A stretch of 64,000 nt of DNA, taken from the NCBI GenBank assembly GCA_037189525.1, contig JBBCJC010000002.1, forward strand, positions 1 through 64,000, given 5' to 3'. This document shows positions 18,082-28,437 of this stretch, piece after piece. The first letter of the stretch is position 1; each line of letters opens with the position of its first letter. Below the pieces are notes generated by a model. The model had not been told where the DNA came from. It did not search any database and worked only from the letters and a program-made list of their open reading frames with translations. This DNA is from Gemmatimonadales bacterium. GTDB lineage: Bacteria > Gemmatimonadota > Gemmatimonadetes > Gemmatimonadales > GWC2-71-9. Made by a program: the position numbers and the translations under genes.

Positions 18082-20511
18082 ATGACCTACGCACCCGAAA
18101 CGATCGAGCCCAAATGGCAGCGCCTCTGGGCCGAGCGCCGGACCAACGAACCGGACCTGGACCGGGCAGAACGCCCGTTCTTCAACCTGATGATGTTCCC
18201 CTACCCCTCGGCCGAGGGGCTCCATGTGGGGAATTTTTATGCCTTTACCGGCAGTGACGTCTACGGCCGCTTCATGCGGCTCCGGGGCCACGACGTCTTC
18301 GAACCGATCGGGTTCGACGCCTTCGGAATCCACAGCGAGAATTACGCCCTCAAGGTGGGAACCCATCCGGGCGTCCTGATTCCCAAGAACATCAAGAACT
18401 TCACCCGGCAGCTGACGGCGCTGGGGGGGATGTTCGACTGGTCGCACTCGCTCTCGACCACGGACCCCGATTACTACCGCTGGACCCAGTGGATCTTCCT
18501 GCAGCTGTTCCACGCCGGGAAGGCCTATAAAAAGGCGGGCGCGGTCAACTGGTGCCCCAACTGCAAGACGGTCCTGGCCAACGAACAGGTCGAGGGGGGC
18601 TTCTGCGAACGCTGCGGCACCGCCGTCGAGCAGCGCTTCCTGGAGCAGTGGTTCTTCCGGATCACGGATTACGCGGAACGGCTGCTCAACAACCTGGACG
18701 ACCCGACCAAGATGGACTGGTCGGCCACCACCACGACCGCCCAGCGGAACTGGATCGGGCGGAGCACCGGCGCGGAAATCAACTTCGCGACGGAGGCCGG
18801 ACCGCTCACGGTCTTCACCACCCGGCCGGATACGCTGTTCGGCGCCACCTTCATGGTGCTGGCTCCGGAGCATCCGCTGGTCGATGCGCTAACCACGGAC
18901 GCGGAGCGCGCCACCGTTGATGCCTATCGCAAGGCAGCCGCTGCCAAAGACGTGGTCAGCCGCAAGGTGGGCGACAAGGACAAGACCGGGGCATTCACCG
19001 GCTCCTACGCTACCAACCCGGTCAACGGCCAGGCGATTCCGATTTGGATTGCCGACTACGTCCTGATGGAGTACGGCACCGGCGCCATCATGGCCGTCCC
19101 CGGACACGATCAGCGCGACTTCGAGTTTGCCCGGAAATTCGGCCTGTCGATCGTCCGCGTCATTGCGAGTGAAGGCGAGACCGCGGACACGCCGCTCGAC
19201 GAGGCCCTGACCGTCACCGACGGCACTCGGCTGGTCAACTCCGGCAGCTTCGACGGGAAGTCCATTGCCGACGGCGGCGCCGCTATCGTCGCCTGGCTGG
19301 AGGAGCGCCAGCTGGGCAAGGGCGTAGTCAACTTCCGGCTGCACGACTGGTGCATCTCCCGGCAGCGCTACTGGGGTCCGCCGATCCCGATCATCTATTG
19401 CGACGACTGCGGCCCGGTCCCGGTACCTGAGAAAGACCTGCCGGTCCTGCTGCCCGAACTCGAGGACTTCCGCCCCGACGATTCGGGCGTCTCGCCGCTG
19501 GCGCGCCACAAGGAGTGGTACCACGCGCCCTGCCCCACCTGCGGCAAGGAAGGCCGGCGCGAAACCGACGTGTCCGACGTCTTCCTCGACTCGGCCTGGT
19601 ACTACCTGCGCTACCTCTCGACCGACGTGGCCGACAAGCCGTTCCATCCGGAGCGGGTCCGCCGCTGGGCGCCGGTCGCCACGTATATCGGCGGGAACGA
19701 GCACGCGCTGCTCCACCTGCTCTACTCGCGCTTCATCGCAATGGTGCTGCACGACCAGGGGTTTCTGCATTTCGACGAACCGTTCCGGCGCTTCCGGGCC
19801 CATGGGCTCATCATCAAGGAAGGCGCCAAGATGTCGAAGTCGAAGGGGAATGTGGTCAACCCCGACGAGTACATCGCCAAGTGGGGGGTCGACACCCTCA
19901 GGCTCTTCCTGATGTTCCTGGGGCCTTTCGAGGAGGGCGGCGACTTCCGCGATGCCGGCCTGGCCGGGCCGCGCCGATTCCTGGAGCGGCTCTGGGACCT
20001 GGTCGGCCAGTCCGAAGGCAAGACGCTGGCCGGGGTCGAACTGCATCACGACGTCGTGATCAAGTGGCATGCGACCAAGAAAAAGGTCACGCAGGATCTC
20101 GAGACGCTGGGCTACAACACGGCGATTGCCGCGCTGATGGAGCTGCTCAATACCCTGCGGGAGACGAACTGCTCCGAACGGCAGATCGTCAAAGACATGG
20201 TCATCATGGTGGCGCCGTTTGCTCCGCATTTCGCGGAGGAGTGCTGGAGCCGGCTGGGCTATGACACCTCGGTGTTCGATGCCGCATGGCCGACCTGGGA
20301 AGAGGCGCTCACGATCGACTCCGTGGTGGCGATTGCGGTCCAGATCAACGGCAAGACGCGATCGACCGTTCGGGCCGGACGCGGGGCTTCCCAAGACGTG
20401 GTCTTGCAGCGAGTCAAAAACGACGATACCCTCAAGAAGTTCCTGGAGGGTAAAGAGGTGAAGAAGGTGATCTACGTTCCGGATCGCCTCATCAACGTCG
20501 TCGTGACATGA
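18082..20511 (+). CDS. leuS: Leucine--tRNA ligase
   Basis: MFPYPS..LHVGN (HIGH), FTTRPDT, GTGAIMAVP, DWCISRQRYWG, KMSKS. Confidence 0.97.
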   Translation: MTYAPETIEPKWQRLWAERRTNEPDLDRAERPFFNLMMFPYPSAEGLHVGNFYAFTGSDVYGRFMRLRGHDVFEPIGFDAFGIHSENYALKVGTHPGVLIPKNIKNFTRQLTALGGMFDWSHSLSTTDPDYYRWTQWIFLQLFHAGKAYKKAGAVNWCPNCKTVLANEQVEGGFCERCGTAVEQRFLEQWFFRITDYAERLLNNLDDPTKMDWSATTTTAQRNWIGRSTGAEINFATEAGPLTVFTTRPDTLFGATFMVLAPEHPLVDALTTDAERATVDAYRKAAAAKDVVSRKVGDKDKTGAFTGSYATNPVNGQAIPIWIADYVLMEYGTGAIMAVPGHDQRDFEFARKFGLSIVRVIASEGETADTPLDEALTVTDGTRLVNSGSFDGKSIADGGAAIVAWLEERQLGKGVVNFRLHDWCISRQRYWGPPIPIIYCDDCGPVPVPEKDLPVLLPELEDFRPDDSGVSPLARHKEWYHAPCPTCGKEGRRETDVSDVFLDSAWYYLRYLSTDVADKPFHPERVRRWAPVATYIGGNEHALLHLLYSRFIAMVLHDQGFLHFDEPFRRFRAHGLIIKEGAKMSKSKGNVVNPDEYIAKWGVDTLRLFLMFLGPFEEGGDFRDAGLAGPRRFLERLWDLVGQSEGKTLAGVELHHDVVIKWHATKKKVTQDLETLGYNTAIAALMELLNTLRETNCSERQIVKDMVIMVAPFAPHFAEECWSRLGYDTSVFDAAWPTWEEALTIDSVVAIAVQINGKTRSTVRAGRGASQDVVLQRVKNDDTLKKFLEGKEVKKVIYVPDRLINVVVT

Positions 20512-20777
20512 TCAGCGCCATGACTATCATCCGCGAAGCCCGGCTGCGCCCGGAGTATTCACACCTCTATCCCGAGATCGAGGCGGGCACCTGGCTGCCC
20601 GCCTCGGAGGTGGGCGCCACGATCCTGATGACCCAGCTGCGCGCCGTGCATCCCAAGCGCCTGGGCGATCGCCTTCTGCCGGATCATCATTTCGATTTCC
20701 GGGGCGGCCAGATGCGCGGCGGCGCCACCGAACTCCGGACCCGCGACGGCGAATCCGGCTATTCCCTCGAGCACTGA
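20508..20777 (+). CDS. Hypothetical protein
   Basis: ATGA overlap with leuS; host-like codon usage. Confidence 0.65.
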   Translation: MISAMTIIREARLRPEYSHLYPEIEAGTWLPASEVGATILMTQLRAVHPKRLGDRLLPDHHFDFRGGQMRGGATELRTRDGESGYSLEH

Positions 20778-20781
20778 CCAG

Positions 20782-21300
20782 GTGAACCACTCCACCCGAT
20801 CCGGGGAGCCGCAGTCCGACGGCTCCCCGAGCCTCACGCTGCGTCCGGCGCGCCCCGACGACGAGTCCTTTCTGCTGGGACTCACCTGGCGCCTGGCCGC
20901 CTTTCCGCTGCCCGGCTGGCGGACGGCCCGTGAAATCGACGTTGCCGATCATCCCGCCATCCTGGCCGCGCTCCGGCAGCCCGACCCGGGGACCCTACTC
21001 CTGGTGGCCGAAGCGGACCACGCCCCGCGCGGCTACATCTTCGTCACCAGCCGAGTCGATTTCTTCACGGCCGAACCACACGGTCACATCGAAGTGCTGG
21101 CGGTCGAGGTCGACGCCGCGGGCCGCGGCATCGGCAAAGCGCTCGTCGGCGCGGCGGAAAGCTGGGCAGCGTCGCGCGGCTACCGGTCGCTCACGCTCAA
21201 CGTCTTTGCCGCGAACGAAGTCGCCCGCGCCGTGTACGACCGGCTCGGCTATCAGCCCGAGATGGTCCGATATCGCAAAGCTCTCGGCGACGAGCCCTGA
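20782..21300 (+). CDS. GNAT family N-acetyltransferase
   Basis: LAV...GRGIGKAL, N..A..VYDRLGY. Confidence 0.88.
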   Translation: MNHSTRSGEPQSDGSPSLTLRPARPDDESFLLGLTWRLAAFPLPGWRTAREIDVADHPAILAALRQPDPGTLLLVAEADHAPRGYIFVTSRVDFFTAEPHGHIEVLAVEVDAAGRGIGKALVGAAESWAASRGYRSLTLNVFAANEVARAVYDRLGYQPEMVRYRKALGDEP

Positions 21301-21330
21301 GGCCAGGTCCGCAGCAACGGCACGCCCGGC

Positions 21331-21373
21331 AAAAATGAAGCGGCCGGCCCATCTGATGACGGGCCGGCCGCTT
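21331..21373 (-). terminator. Intrinsic terminator of the cold-shock gene (possibly bidirectional)
   Basis: 13-bp GC-rich stem AAGCGGCCGGCCC/GGGCCGGCCGCTT followed by a T run on the - strand. Confidence 0.8.
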
Positions 21374-21391
21374 TCACCATGAAGCCGAGCG

Positions 21392-21598
21392 TCAGATCTT
21401 GGTGACGTTCTCGGCGGCCGGGCCCTTGGCGCCCTGGACGATGTCGAACTCCACCCGCTCACCTTCGGCGAGCGAACGGAACCCCTGCGACTGAATCGCC
21501 GAATGATGCACGAAGCAATCCTTCTGGCCGTTCTCGGGGGTGATGAAGCCAAAGCCCTTCGCGTCGTTGAACCACTTCACGGTGCCGGTCGTACGCAT
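21392..21598 (-). CDS. Cold-shock protein (CspA family)
   Basis: [30 protein letters not shown]. Confidence 0.96.
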   Translation of the reverse strand: MRTTGTVKWFNDAKGFGFITPENGQKDCFVHHSAIQSQGFRSLAEGERVEFDIVQGAKGPAAENVTKI

Positions 21599-21852
21599 TT
21601 CCAAACCCTCATTGTTGTTGTAATCGGATGCGGACAAGCCGTACGAACCGACTACGTGTTGTTCGTGAGCAGTGCCTCACGATGCATTTACTGCCTGATT
21701 GGGACATGTTCCGAACGGAAACTTCCAGCTGCCTGTGCGACCAGCAAAACAAGGGGCTCAGCCTATCGGCCGCGCCCCTGCATCATGTTCGGCTTGGTTG
21801 TGGCATACATGCGGAAATGGTCGTACCGTGTCGCAACGGTACACAGTAACAC

Positions 21853-21879
21853 CTAAGTGAGCAAAAATCAATAGTTTAG
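21853..21879. promoter_or_regulatory. IHF-consensus-like site within an 8-bp inverted repeat upstream of the csp gene
   Basis: AATCAATAGTTTA (21866-21878) matches WATCAANNNNTTR; flanked by ACACCTAA/TTAGGTGT. Confidence 0.45.
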
Positions 21880-21935
21880 GTGTGATGACACCCATTGCGT
21901 AGCGGCCAGGGGTCCGCCAGCCGGGCCCCCGGATG

Positions 21936-22502
21936 TCACGAGCGGGCCGGCGCCGGGTTCCGTTCGATCCAGGCTGCGAAGGTGACGAGAAACTTGGTCA
22001 GGAAGGCGCGCGTCGAATCCTTGACCAGGGCCCCGGATTCGTCCAGGAGGTCGGCCACGCCGCCCAGATAGATCTCGGGCTGCGCCAGCGTCGACACATT
22101 GAGATGCGCGAGCACCTGCCGGAGGTGGTGATGCGCACCAAACCCGCCCACCGCACCAGGCGAGACACTGACGACCGCTCCGGGCTTACCGTCCCAGACA
22201 CTCTTCTTGGACGGACGCGACCCGACATCGAGCGCATTCTTGAGCGGCGCCGGGATGGACCGATTGTATTCGGGAGTCACGAACAGGAGGGCATCGAGCG
22301 CCTTGACCCGGGAGCGAAAGGCCGTCCACGCAGCTGGCGGATCGTCTCCGTCGAGATCGGGATTGTAGAGCGGCAGCTGCCCGATCTCGATGATCTCCAA
22401 CGACAAACTGCTCGGCGCCAGCTCCGCCAGCACATGGGCCACCTGGCGGGTATACGAACCGCGCCGCAAGCTGCCGACGAAGACACCAACCGACTGTGTC
22501 AT
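21936..22502 (-). CDS. NADPH-dependent FMN reductase (ChrR-like)
   Basis: VGSLRRGS, TPEYNRSIP..LKNALD..SRP, GGFGA.HHLRQ. Confidence 0.92.
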   Translation of the reverse strand: MTQSVGVFVGSLRRGSYTRQVAHVLAELAPSSLSLEIIEIGQLPLYNPDLDGDDPPAAWTAFRSRVKALDALLFVTPEYNRSIPAPLKNALDVGSRPSKKSVWDGKPGAVVSVSPGAVGGFGAHHHLRQVLAHLNVSTLAQPEIYLGGVADLLDESGALVKDSTRAFLTKFLVTFAAWIERNPAPARS

Positions 22503-23560
22503 TGCCGGGCCGGCACCACGGTCTGCACCGGACGCTCGGTGACCACCAGCGTCGACTGCGGTGTCAACCGTTCCGCCCCACCGACGACCACGCGGTCGCC
22601 GGCACTGATACCGGTCAGGATCTCCACCGACCCCGGCGACCGAACCCCGAGCGTCACCTCGCGTTGCTCGGGCTTGTCGCCGTTGATGACCCAGATGACG
22701 GTGCCGCGCGGCAACGCCAGGACGGCCTCCTCCGGCACCACCACGGCATTCTCGCGCCGAGTCGTCTCGAGCCGGACTTCGATGAACATGCCGGCCGCGA
22801 GCTCCCGCCGCGGGTTCGGCACGACCGCCTTGACGGTAATGGTCCGGGCCGGCAACTGAACCTGCGGATCGACGAAATCGACCCGGCCGGTGAACGCCCG
22901 GCCCTGGAGCGCGGCCACGTTGAACGTGACCGTCTGCCCGACCTTGAGCCGCTCGGCATACCGCTCCGGAATCTGAAAGGCGGCGCGCTGAGGCGAGATG
23001 GTCTGCAGGGTGATGAGACGGGAGCTCTGGGTGACATAGTCCCCGACGCTGACGAAACGCGCGCCCGCAATCCCTGCCCACGGGGCCCGAACCACGGTCC
23101 GATCGAGCCGGACCTTGAGCAATTCGAGTGCGGCCCGCGCGCTTCGCGCACTGGCCTCGGCGCGTTCGACGTCGGCCTGCGCAGCGGCCTTTTCGGTCAA
23201 CAGCTGATTGGTCCGGGTCAGCGCCTGCTCCGCCAGGTCGCGATTGGCCTCGGCCTGGGCCACCTGCGCCTTGAGCTCGACGTCGTCGACCTTGAACAGC
23301 GGGGCGCCCGCAGCCACCGCGGCGCCTTCGTGGACGAAGATCTCGACCAGGCGTCCGTCGACATCGGGACGCAGCTCGATCGACTGCAACGCTTCGACCT
23401 GACCGGTCGCCGTGATGGCATCGATCACGGTTTCGGTCCGCGCGGGCACCACCTCGACCGGCACGGGACGCCCCGCTCCGGCTCTCGTCGCCGCGGGTGC
23501 TTCGTCCTTACAGCCCGCCGCGACCAGCGCCACGGGTAACAGCAGCCAATATGCTTTCAC
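22499..23560 (-). CDS. RND efflux periplasmic adaptor (MFP)
   Basis: Lipobox AAGC, lipoyl half-motifs, RAPWAG, GMFIEV. Confidence 0.92.
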   Translation of the reverse strand: MKAYWLLLPVALVAAGCKDEAPAATRAGAGRPVPVEVVPARTETVIDAITATGQVEALQSIELRPDVDGRLVEIFVHEGAAVAAGAPLFKVDDVELKAQVAQAEANRDLAEQALTRTNQLLTEKAAAQADVERAEASARSARAALELLKVRLDRTVVRAPWAGIAGARFVSVGDYVTQSSRLITLQTISPQRAAFQIPERYAERLKVGQTVTFNVAALQGRAFTGRVDFVDPQVQLPARTITVKAVVPNPRRELAAGMFIEVRLETTRRENAVVVPEEAVLALPRGTVIWVINGDKPEQREVTLGVRSPGSVEILTGISAGDRVVVGGAERLTPQSTLVVTERPVQTVVPARQ

Positions 23561-23561
23561 A

Positions 23562-24836
23562 CTATTCCCCGATCTCGGTAAATCGACGGCCGATCAGCAC
23601 TTCGAGCCCCGCCTGCGCCAGACGCGTCGCGTAGCGCGACTGCACCAGTTCCGCCTGAGCCTCGGTCAGCTGGCTCTGCGCATCGAGCAGGTCCAGAATG
23701 GTGCTGGCCCCGGCGCGGTAGCGCGCCTGCTGCACCCGGTAATTCTCCTCGGCCACCCGAACCCCTTGCTCCGCATAACGGCTCGCCACCCGGGCGGTCC
23801 GATGGGCCTCATAGGCTTCGGTAATGTCGGCCTCGGCGGCCCGCTCGAGGTCCTCGCGCACGGCACGGGCAATGTCCTGCGCGGCGCGGGCCCGGCGAAT
23901 GTTGGTTTCCCGGTTCAGGTTGTCCCAGAGCGGCAGGGACACCTGCAGAGCAACCGAGGCCCGGTCGATACCCGTCGGCGGAAAGGCATCGCCAAACTTG
24001 GTGTACGACCCGATCAGATTGGCCTGCGGGAAGTAAGACGCGTTCCGGGCGCGCACCAGCGCCTCGGCTGCCCGCTCGTTCCCGCGCGCCATCCGATACT
24101 CCGGCCCCTGTTCCAAGGCCAGCGCCAGCGCGGACGATATCGTGAGCGGCAACTCCGAGGGCAGCGAGGCATCGAGCGGCGCCGCATCGACCGCACCCCG
24201 CTGTCCGATCCGCCGGCCGAGCTGCAAGCGGGCCACCACCAGATTGGCCTCTTCCCGCAGCAGCGCGACCTGGGCCCGGTTGACCTCGAGCAGGATCTGG
24301 AGCGAATCGGTCTGGACCACCGCGCCGCTGACGACCCGCGCGCGGGCCACCACCAGCTGTTCCTGCGCACGCGACAGACGCTGACGGGCCACATCCAGCA
24401 GCTCCCGTCCGCTCAGCACGGCGTAGTAGTCGCGCTCGGTGCCCAAGGCCGTGAGGAACAGCCGCTGCTGTTCGTTGGCCCGCGCCACATCGAGTTCGGC
24501 GCCGAGCCGGCGATAGTCCGCCGTCTTCCGGCCGCCGGTAAAGAGTTCGTAGCGGGCGTCGACCCGGGCATTGACGGTGGTCTTGGCCGGCCGGCCGATA
24601 CCGATATTGAACTGCTCCACCGAAAAGGTGGTCAGATCCGTAGCAACCGACAGCGACGGCGAGACGAACGTCGTGAATGCCGCCTTCCGGGCCCACTCCG
24701 CGGTGTTGACCTGACCGACCGCCGCCACATAGTTCGGATCGAGGCGGGTGGCGCGACGAATCGCCTCTGCCAGCGTTACGCTGGGCAGTGAATCGGCCGA
24801 GACGACTGCAAGGCCGAGCAGTACTGCTGCGATCAT
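23562..24836 (-). CDS. TolC family outer-membrane channel
   Basis: TL.EAI..A...P, RYRAGASTILDLLDAQ. Confidence 0.9.
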   Translation of the reverse strand: MIAAVLLGLAVVSADSLPSVTLAEAIRRATRLDPNYVAAVGQVNTAEWARKAAFTTFVSPSLSVATDLTTFSVEQFNIGIGRPAKTTVNARVDARYELFTGGRKTADYRRLGAELDVARANEQQRLFLTALGTERDYYAVLSGRELLDVARQRLSRAQEQLVVARARVVSGAVVQTDSLQILLEVNRAQVALLREEANLVVARLQLGRRIGQRGAVDAAPLDASLPSELPLTISSALALALEQGPEYRMARGNERAAEALVRARNASYFPQANLIGSYTKFGDAFPPTGIDRASVALQVSLPLWDNLNRETNIRRARAAQDIARAVREDLERAAEADITEAYEAHRTARVASRYAEQGVRVAEENYRVQQARYRAGASTILDLLDAQSQLTEAQAELVQSRYATRLAQAGLEVLIGRRFTEIGE

Positions 24837-27800
24837 CGAGCCTCCCCGGACACTGCCGGAACCGGTTCGGCCGCGGGCTTCCGCGAACGGGCCAGGGCCT
24901 GATCGAGCAGCGAGTACACCACCGGCACGAGATAGAGCGTCAGCACCATCGAGAACATCACGCCGCCGACGATGGCATACCCGAGCGGCCGCCGGCTGGC
25001 GGCACCGGCGCCAAGGCCGAGTGCGATCGGAATCGCGCCGGCCGCCGCAGCAACCGACGTCATCAGAATCGGACGAAGACGGATGCGCGCCGACTCGAGC
25101 AGCGCCGCGCCGGTTGCAAGGCCCTGCTCCCGCAACTGATTGGTGTATTCCACCAGAAGAATCGAGTTCTTGGTCACGAGACCGATCAGCAGGATCATCC
25201 CGATCTGACTGTACAGATTGATCGTGGAGCCCGCGACGAAGAGAGTGAAGATGGCGCCGGTCACCGCCGGCGGCACGGCGAGCAGCACGGTAAAGGGATG
25301 GACCAGCGACTCGAACTGCGACGCCAGCACCATGAATACGATCACCAGCGACAGAATGAACACGAAGTAGAGCGCGCTGCCGCTCTCCTCGAGTTCGCGC
25401 GATTCCCCCGCCAGCGCCACCGACGAACCGGTCGGCAGTACCTCGGCGGCGAGGAGGCGCAGCGAGTCGAGCGCCTCACCGAGCGTGAAGTTGGGCGCCA
25501 GACTGGCCGTCATGGTGGCCGCCCGGACCCGATCGAAGTGGTTGAGCTGGCGCGGACCGACATTCTCGGCCACCCGGGCAACTTGGTCGAGCTTGATCAG
25601 CTGCCCGCCCCGACCACGCACCGTCAGATCCGACATCGCCGCCGGCGTAGCGCGCGCTTCCGGATCGAGCTGGATCATGACGTCGTACAACTTGTTGTTC
25701 ATGGTGAAGGTGCTGATCCGCTGCCCACCGAGCAGCGCCTGCATCGTATTGGCCACGTCGCGCACCGGCACGCCGAGGTCTTCCATCCGGTCCCGCTCGT
25801 AGGACACGGTCAGCTCGGGCTTGTTGACCCGCAAGTCGGTATCGACGTTGATCAGCCCGCTGATCTGCCGCGCCCGCGTGAGCAGCGTATCCATCGCCAC
25901 CACGAGCGAATCGAAATCGGGGTGACGCACCACGAACTGCACCGGCTGCCCCCACCCGCCGAAGGCGGGCGGATTACTGGCAAAGGCAAGCACCCCGGGC
26001 ACCGCGCCCAGTTTGGGCTGCAGCTCCTGGATCACATCCTGCACGCTGCGCTCCCGATCCGACCAATCGGTAAAGCGCACGAACACCATCCCGGCGTTGA
26101 CGCGTCCGCCACCACCGCCCCCGAACGCCACCATGCTGTTCATGGTCGACACCTCGGGAACCGCGCCGACGATCTGCTCCACCTGACGCTGATACTCATC
26201 GGTGTAATGGATCGACGACCCTTCCGGAGCCACGATATTGATCGTCATCATGCCGCGATCCTCCGGCGGCACGAACTCGGTCTTGAGACCGCGGAACACG
26301 AAGAACGCCAGCACCAGCGTGACCGCCACGCCGCCGAGCACGAGACTGCGGCGGCCCAGCGCAAACGCGAGCGTCCGCTGATAGCCGGCCGCGAGGCTGT
26401 TGAAGCCCCGCTCGAACGCCTGGAAGAGCGGGCCGTGATTGTGTTTGACCCGAAGGATCTTGGCGCAGAGCATCGGGGTCAGCGTCAGCGCGACGAACCC
26501 CGAGAACCCGACCGCGACGGCCACCGTGATACCGAACTCGTTGAAGAGCCGGCCCGTTGCCCCTTCCAGAAAGGCGAGCGGAGTAAATACGGCAATCAGC
26601 GATGCCGTCGTCGCGATGACGGCAAAGGCGATTTCGCGGGTGCCCTTCATGGCCGCGACATCCGGAGGTTCGTTGAGCTCCTCCTGGCGTCTGTATGCGT
26701 TCTCGAGCACGATGATCGCGTCGTCGACGACGATACCGATCGCCAGGATCATCGCGAGCAGCGTCAGATTGTTGATCGAGAAATCCAGGAAGTACATCAC
26801 CGCAAAGGCGCCGATGATGGATGTCGGAATCGCGAGACCCGGAATGATGGTCGCCCGCAAGTTGCGCAGGAAGACGAAGATGATCAGGATCACGAGAACG
26901 CCCGTGATGACCAGAGTTTCCTGGGCTTCCAGAATCGAACGCTTGACGTAGATCGAGTTGTCGTAGCCGATGGTCAGCTCGATCCCGGGGGGCAAACGCG
27001 ACTCGATCTCCGGAACCATGGCACGGACGCCGTCCGAGAGCTCGACCAGGTTGGATTTCGACTGGCGTACGATGGCGACCCCGACAGCCGGAGTGCCATT
27101 GAAGCGGAACCGGCTTCGGTCGTCCTCCGGCCCAAGTTCCACTCGCGCCACGTCGCCCAACTTGACCAGCTGGCCGTTCATGTTGGCCACGACGAGCCCG
27201 GCAAACTCCTCCGGCGTCTTGAGCTCACCCATCGACCGGATGCTGAATTCGCGCTGCTGCGACTCGATCCGGCCGGCCGGGATTTCCACGTTGCGGCTCT
27301 GGATCGCCGACATCACGTCGCTCGTAGTCAGCCCGCGCGCGGCCAGTTCCGACGCCTTGAGCCAGATCCGCATCGAGTACCGCCGCTCGCCGCGGATGTC
27401 GATCCGGCCGACGCCCGGCACGGTCTGCAGCGGCGTCTTGACATAGCGGTCCGCAATGTCGGTGAGCTGGAGCAGATTGTAATTCTCACCCCGGAGGGTG
27501 ATGAACATGATCGGCCGCGAGTCGGAGTCCTGTTTCGACACCACCGGCTCGAGGATCTCTTCCGGCAGGCGCCCGCGCACTCGGGACACCAGGTCCCGGA
27601 CGTCCTGGGCGGCCAGTTCGATATCGCGGCCGAGATTGAATTCGAGGGTGATGTTGGACTGCTGCTCGGAACTCACGCTGGTCATGGTCCGGAGCCCTTC
27701 GGCCGAGGACAACTGCTCCTCGAGCACGTCGGTCACGGCAGATTCCATGACCCGGGGATTGGCACCACGAAGCGTAACGTTGACCGAAACGATGGGCGGA

Positions 27801-27922
27801 TCGACGTCCGGGTACTCCCGAACGCTCAGTTTCTGATACCCGATGACGCCAAACAGGACGAGCGCCAGACTCATCATGGTCGCGAGGACCGGGCGCTTGA
27901 TGGAAAGATCGGAGAGGACCAT
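24833..27922 (-). CDS. RND efflux permease (AcrB/MdtB-like)
   Basis: SIKRPVLA, GIVVDDAIIVLEN, KNSILLVE, RLRPILMTS. Confidence 0.96.
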   Translation of the reverse strand: MVLSDLSIKRPVLATMMSLALVLFGVIGYQKLSVREYPDVDPPIVSVNVTLRGANPRVMESAVTDVLEEQLSSAEGLRTMTSVSSEQQSNITLEFNLGRDIELAAQDVRDLVSRVRGRLPEEILEPVVSKQDSDSRPIMFITLRGENYNLLQLTDIADRYVKTPLQTVPGVGRIDIRGERRYSMRIWLKASELAARGLTTSDVMSAIQSRNVEIPAGRIESQQREFSIRSMGELKTPEEFAGLVVANMNGQLVKLGDVARVELGPEDDRSRFRFNGTPAVGVAIVRQSKSNLVELSDGVRAMVPEIESRLPPGIELTIGYDNSIYVKRSILEAQETLVITGVLVILIIFVFLRNLRATIIPGLAIPTSIIGAFAVMYFLDFSINNLTLLAMILAIGIVVDDAIIVLENAYRRQEELNEPPDVAAMKGTREIAFAVIATTASLIAVFTPLAFLEGATGRLFNEFGITVAVAVGFSGFVALTLTPMLCAKILRVKHNHGPLFQAFERGFNSLAAGYQRTLAFALGRRSLVLGGVAVTLVLAFFVFRGLKTEFVPPEDRGMMTINIVAPEGSSIHYTDEYQRQVEQIVGAVPEVSTMNSMVAFGGGGGGRVNAGMVFVRFTDWSDRERSVQDVIQELQPKLGAVPGVLAFASNPPAFGGWGQPVQFVVRHPDFDSLVVAMDTLLTRARQISGLINVDTDLRVNKPELTVSYERDRMEDLGVPVRDVANTMQALLGGQRISTFTMNNKLYDVMIQLDPEARATPAAMSDLTVRGRGGQLIKLDQVARVAENVGPRQLNHFDRVRAATMTASLAPNFTLGEALDSLRLLAAEVLPTGSSVALAGESRELEESGSALYFVFILSLVIVFMVLASQFESLVHPFTVLLAVPPAVTGAIFTLFVAGSTINLYSQIGMILLIGLVTKNSILLVEYTNQLREQGLATGAALLESARIRLRPILMTSVAAAAGAIPIALGLGAGAASRRPLGYAIVGGVMFSMVLTLYLVPVVYSLLDQALARSRKPAAEPVPAVSGEAR

Positions 27923-28068
27923 CAGTTGTACCCGCACGCCGAAAAGATGAAACGCGAACCCCAAAACCCCGGGATCGCCCCACAGACCAGATTATCTAAT
28001 ACGCGCGCCCGGCACCCAACGTTGAGCCAAGGGTTAAGTTTCGGGCGAATTCAGTCACTGGACGGAAC

Positions 28069-28437
28069 ATGGCGGTCAAGCTCAGCTCCCGACAACTCGC
28101 CACCCTGGCCGTACTCGAGACCTTCCCCCCGAAATTCGATCAGATCCATCGCCTGATCGAAGAGCTGGCATCGCTCCGGATGGACGAATCTCAGACCCGC
28201 CGATTGGCTCGGATGCTCGATGAAATGAAAGCGGCCGCGCAGGGGGTGGGCGAATCCGGCGTCGCCGACTCACTCGGGGTGATGGCCACGCTGGCCCGCC
28301 GTTCGGGGGCAGTGCAGATGCGCGTTCGGGGCTTGCGCGAGGGATTCATGGCCCTCAAGACGAACCTCGAAGGCGCGCTCAAAGCCGCGAGGACGCCTGA
28401 AACCCCGGTGGACGAAGCCGAGGAACTGCCGTCTTAG
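28069..28437 (+). CDS. Helical hypothetical protein, possibly pseudo-Hpt
   Basis: All-helical; LDEMKAAAQGVG resembles the Hpt motif HxLKGxAxxxG. Confidence 0.7.
   Translation: MAVKLSSRQLATLAVLETFPPKFDQIHRLIEELASLRMDESQTRRLARMLDEMKAAAQGVGESGVADSLGVMATLARRSGAVQMRVRGLREGFMALKTNLEGALKAARTPETPVDEAEELPS

Noticed and set aside
18220..18240. HVGN instead of HIGH in LeuRS
   Set aside because: Within normal class I synthetase variation; KMSKS and the editing motifs are intact.
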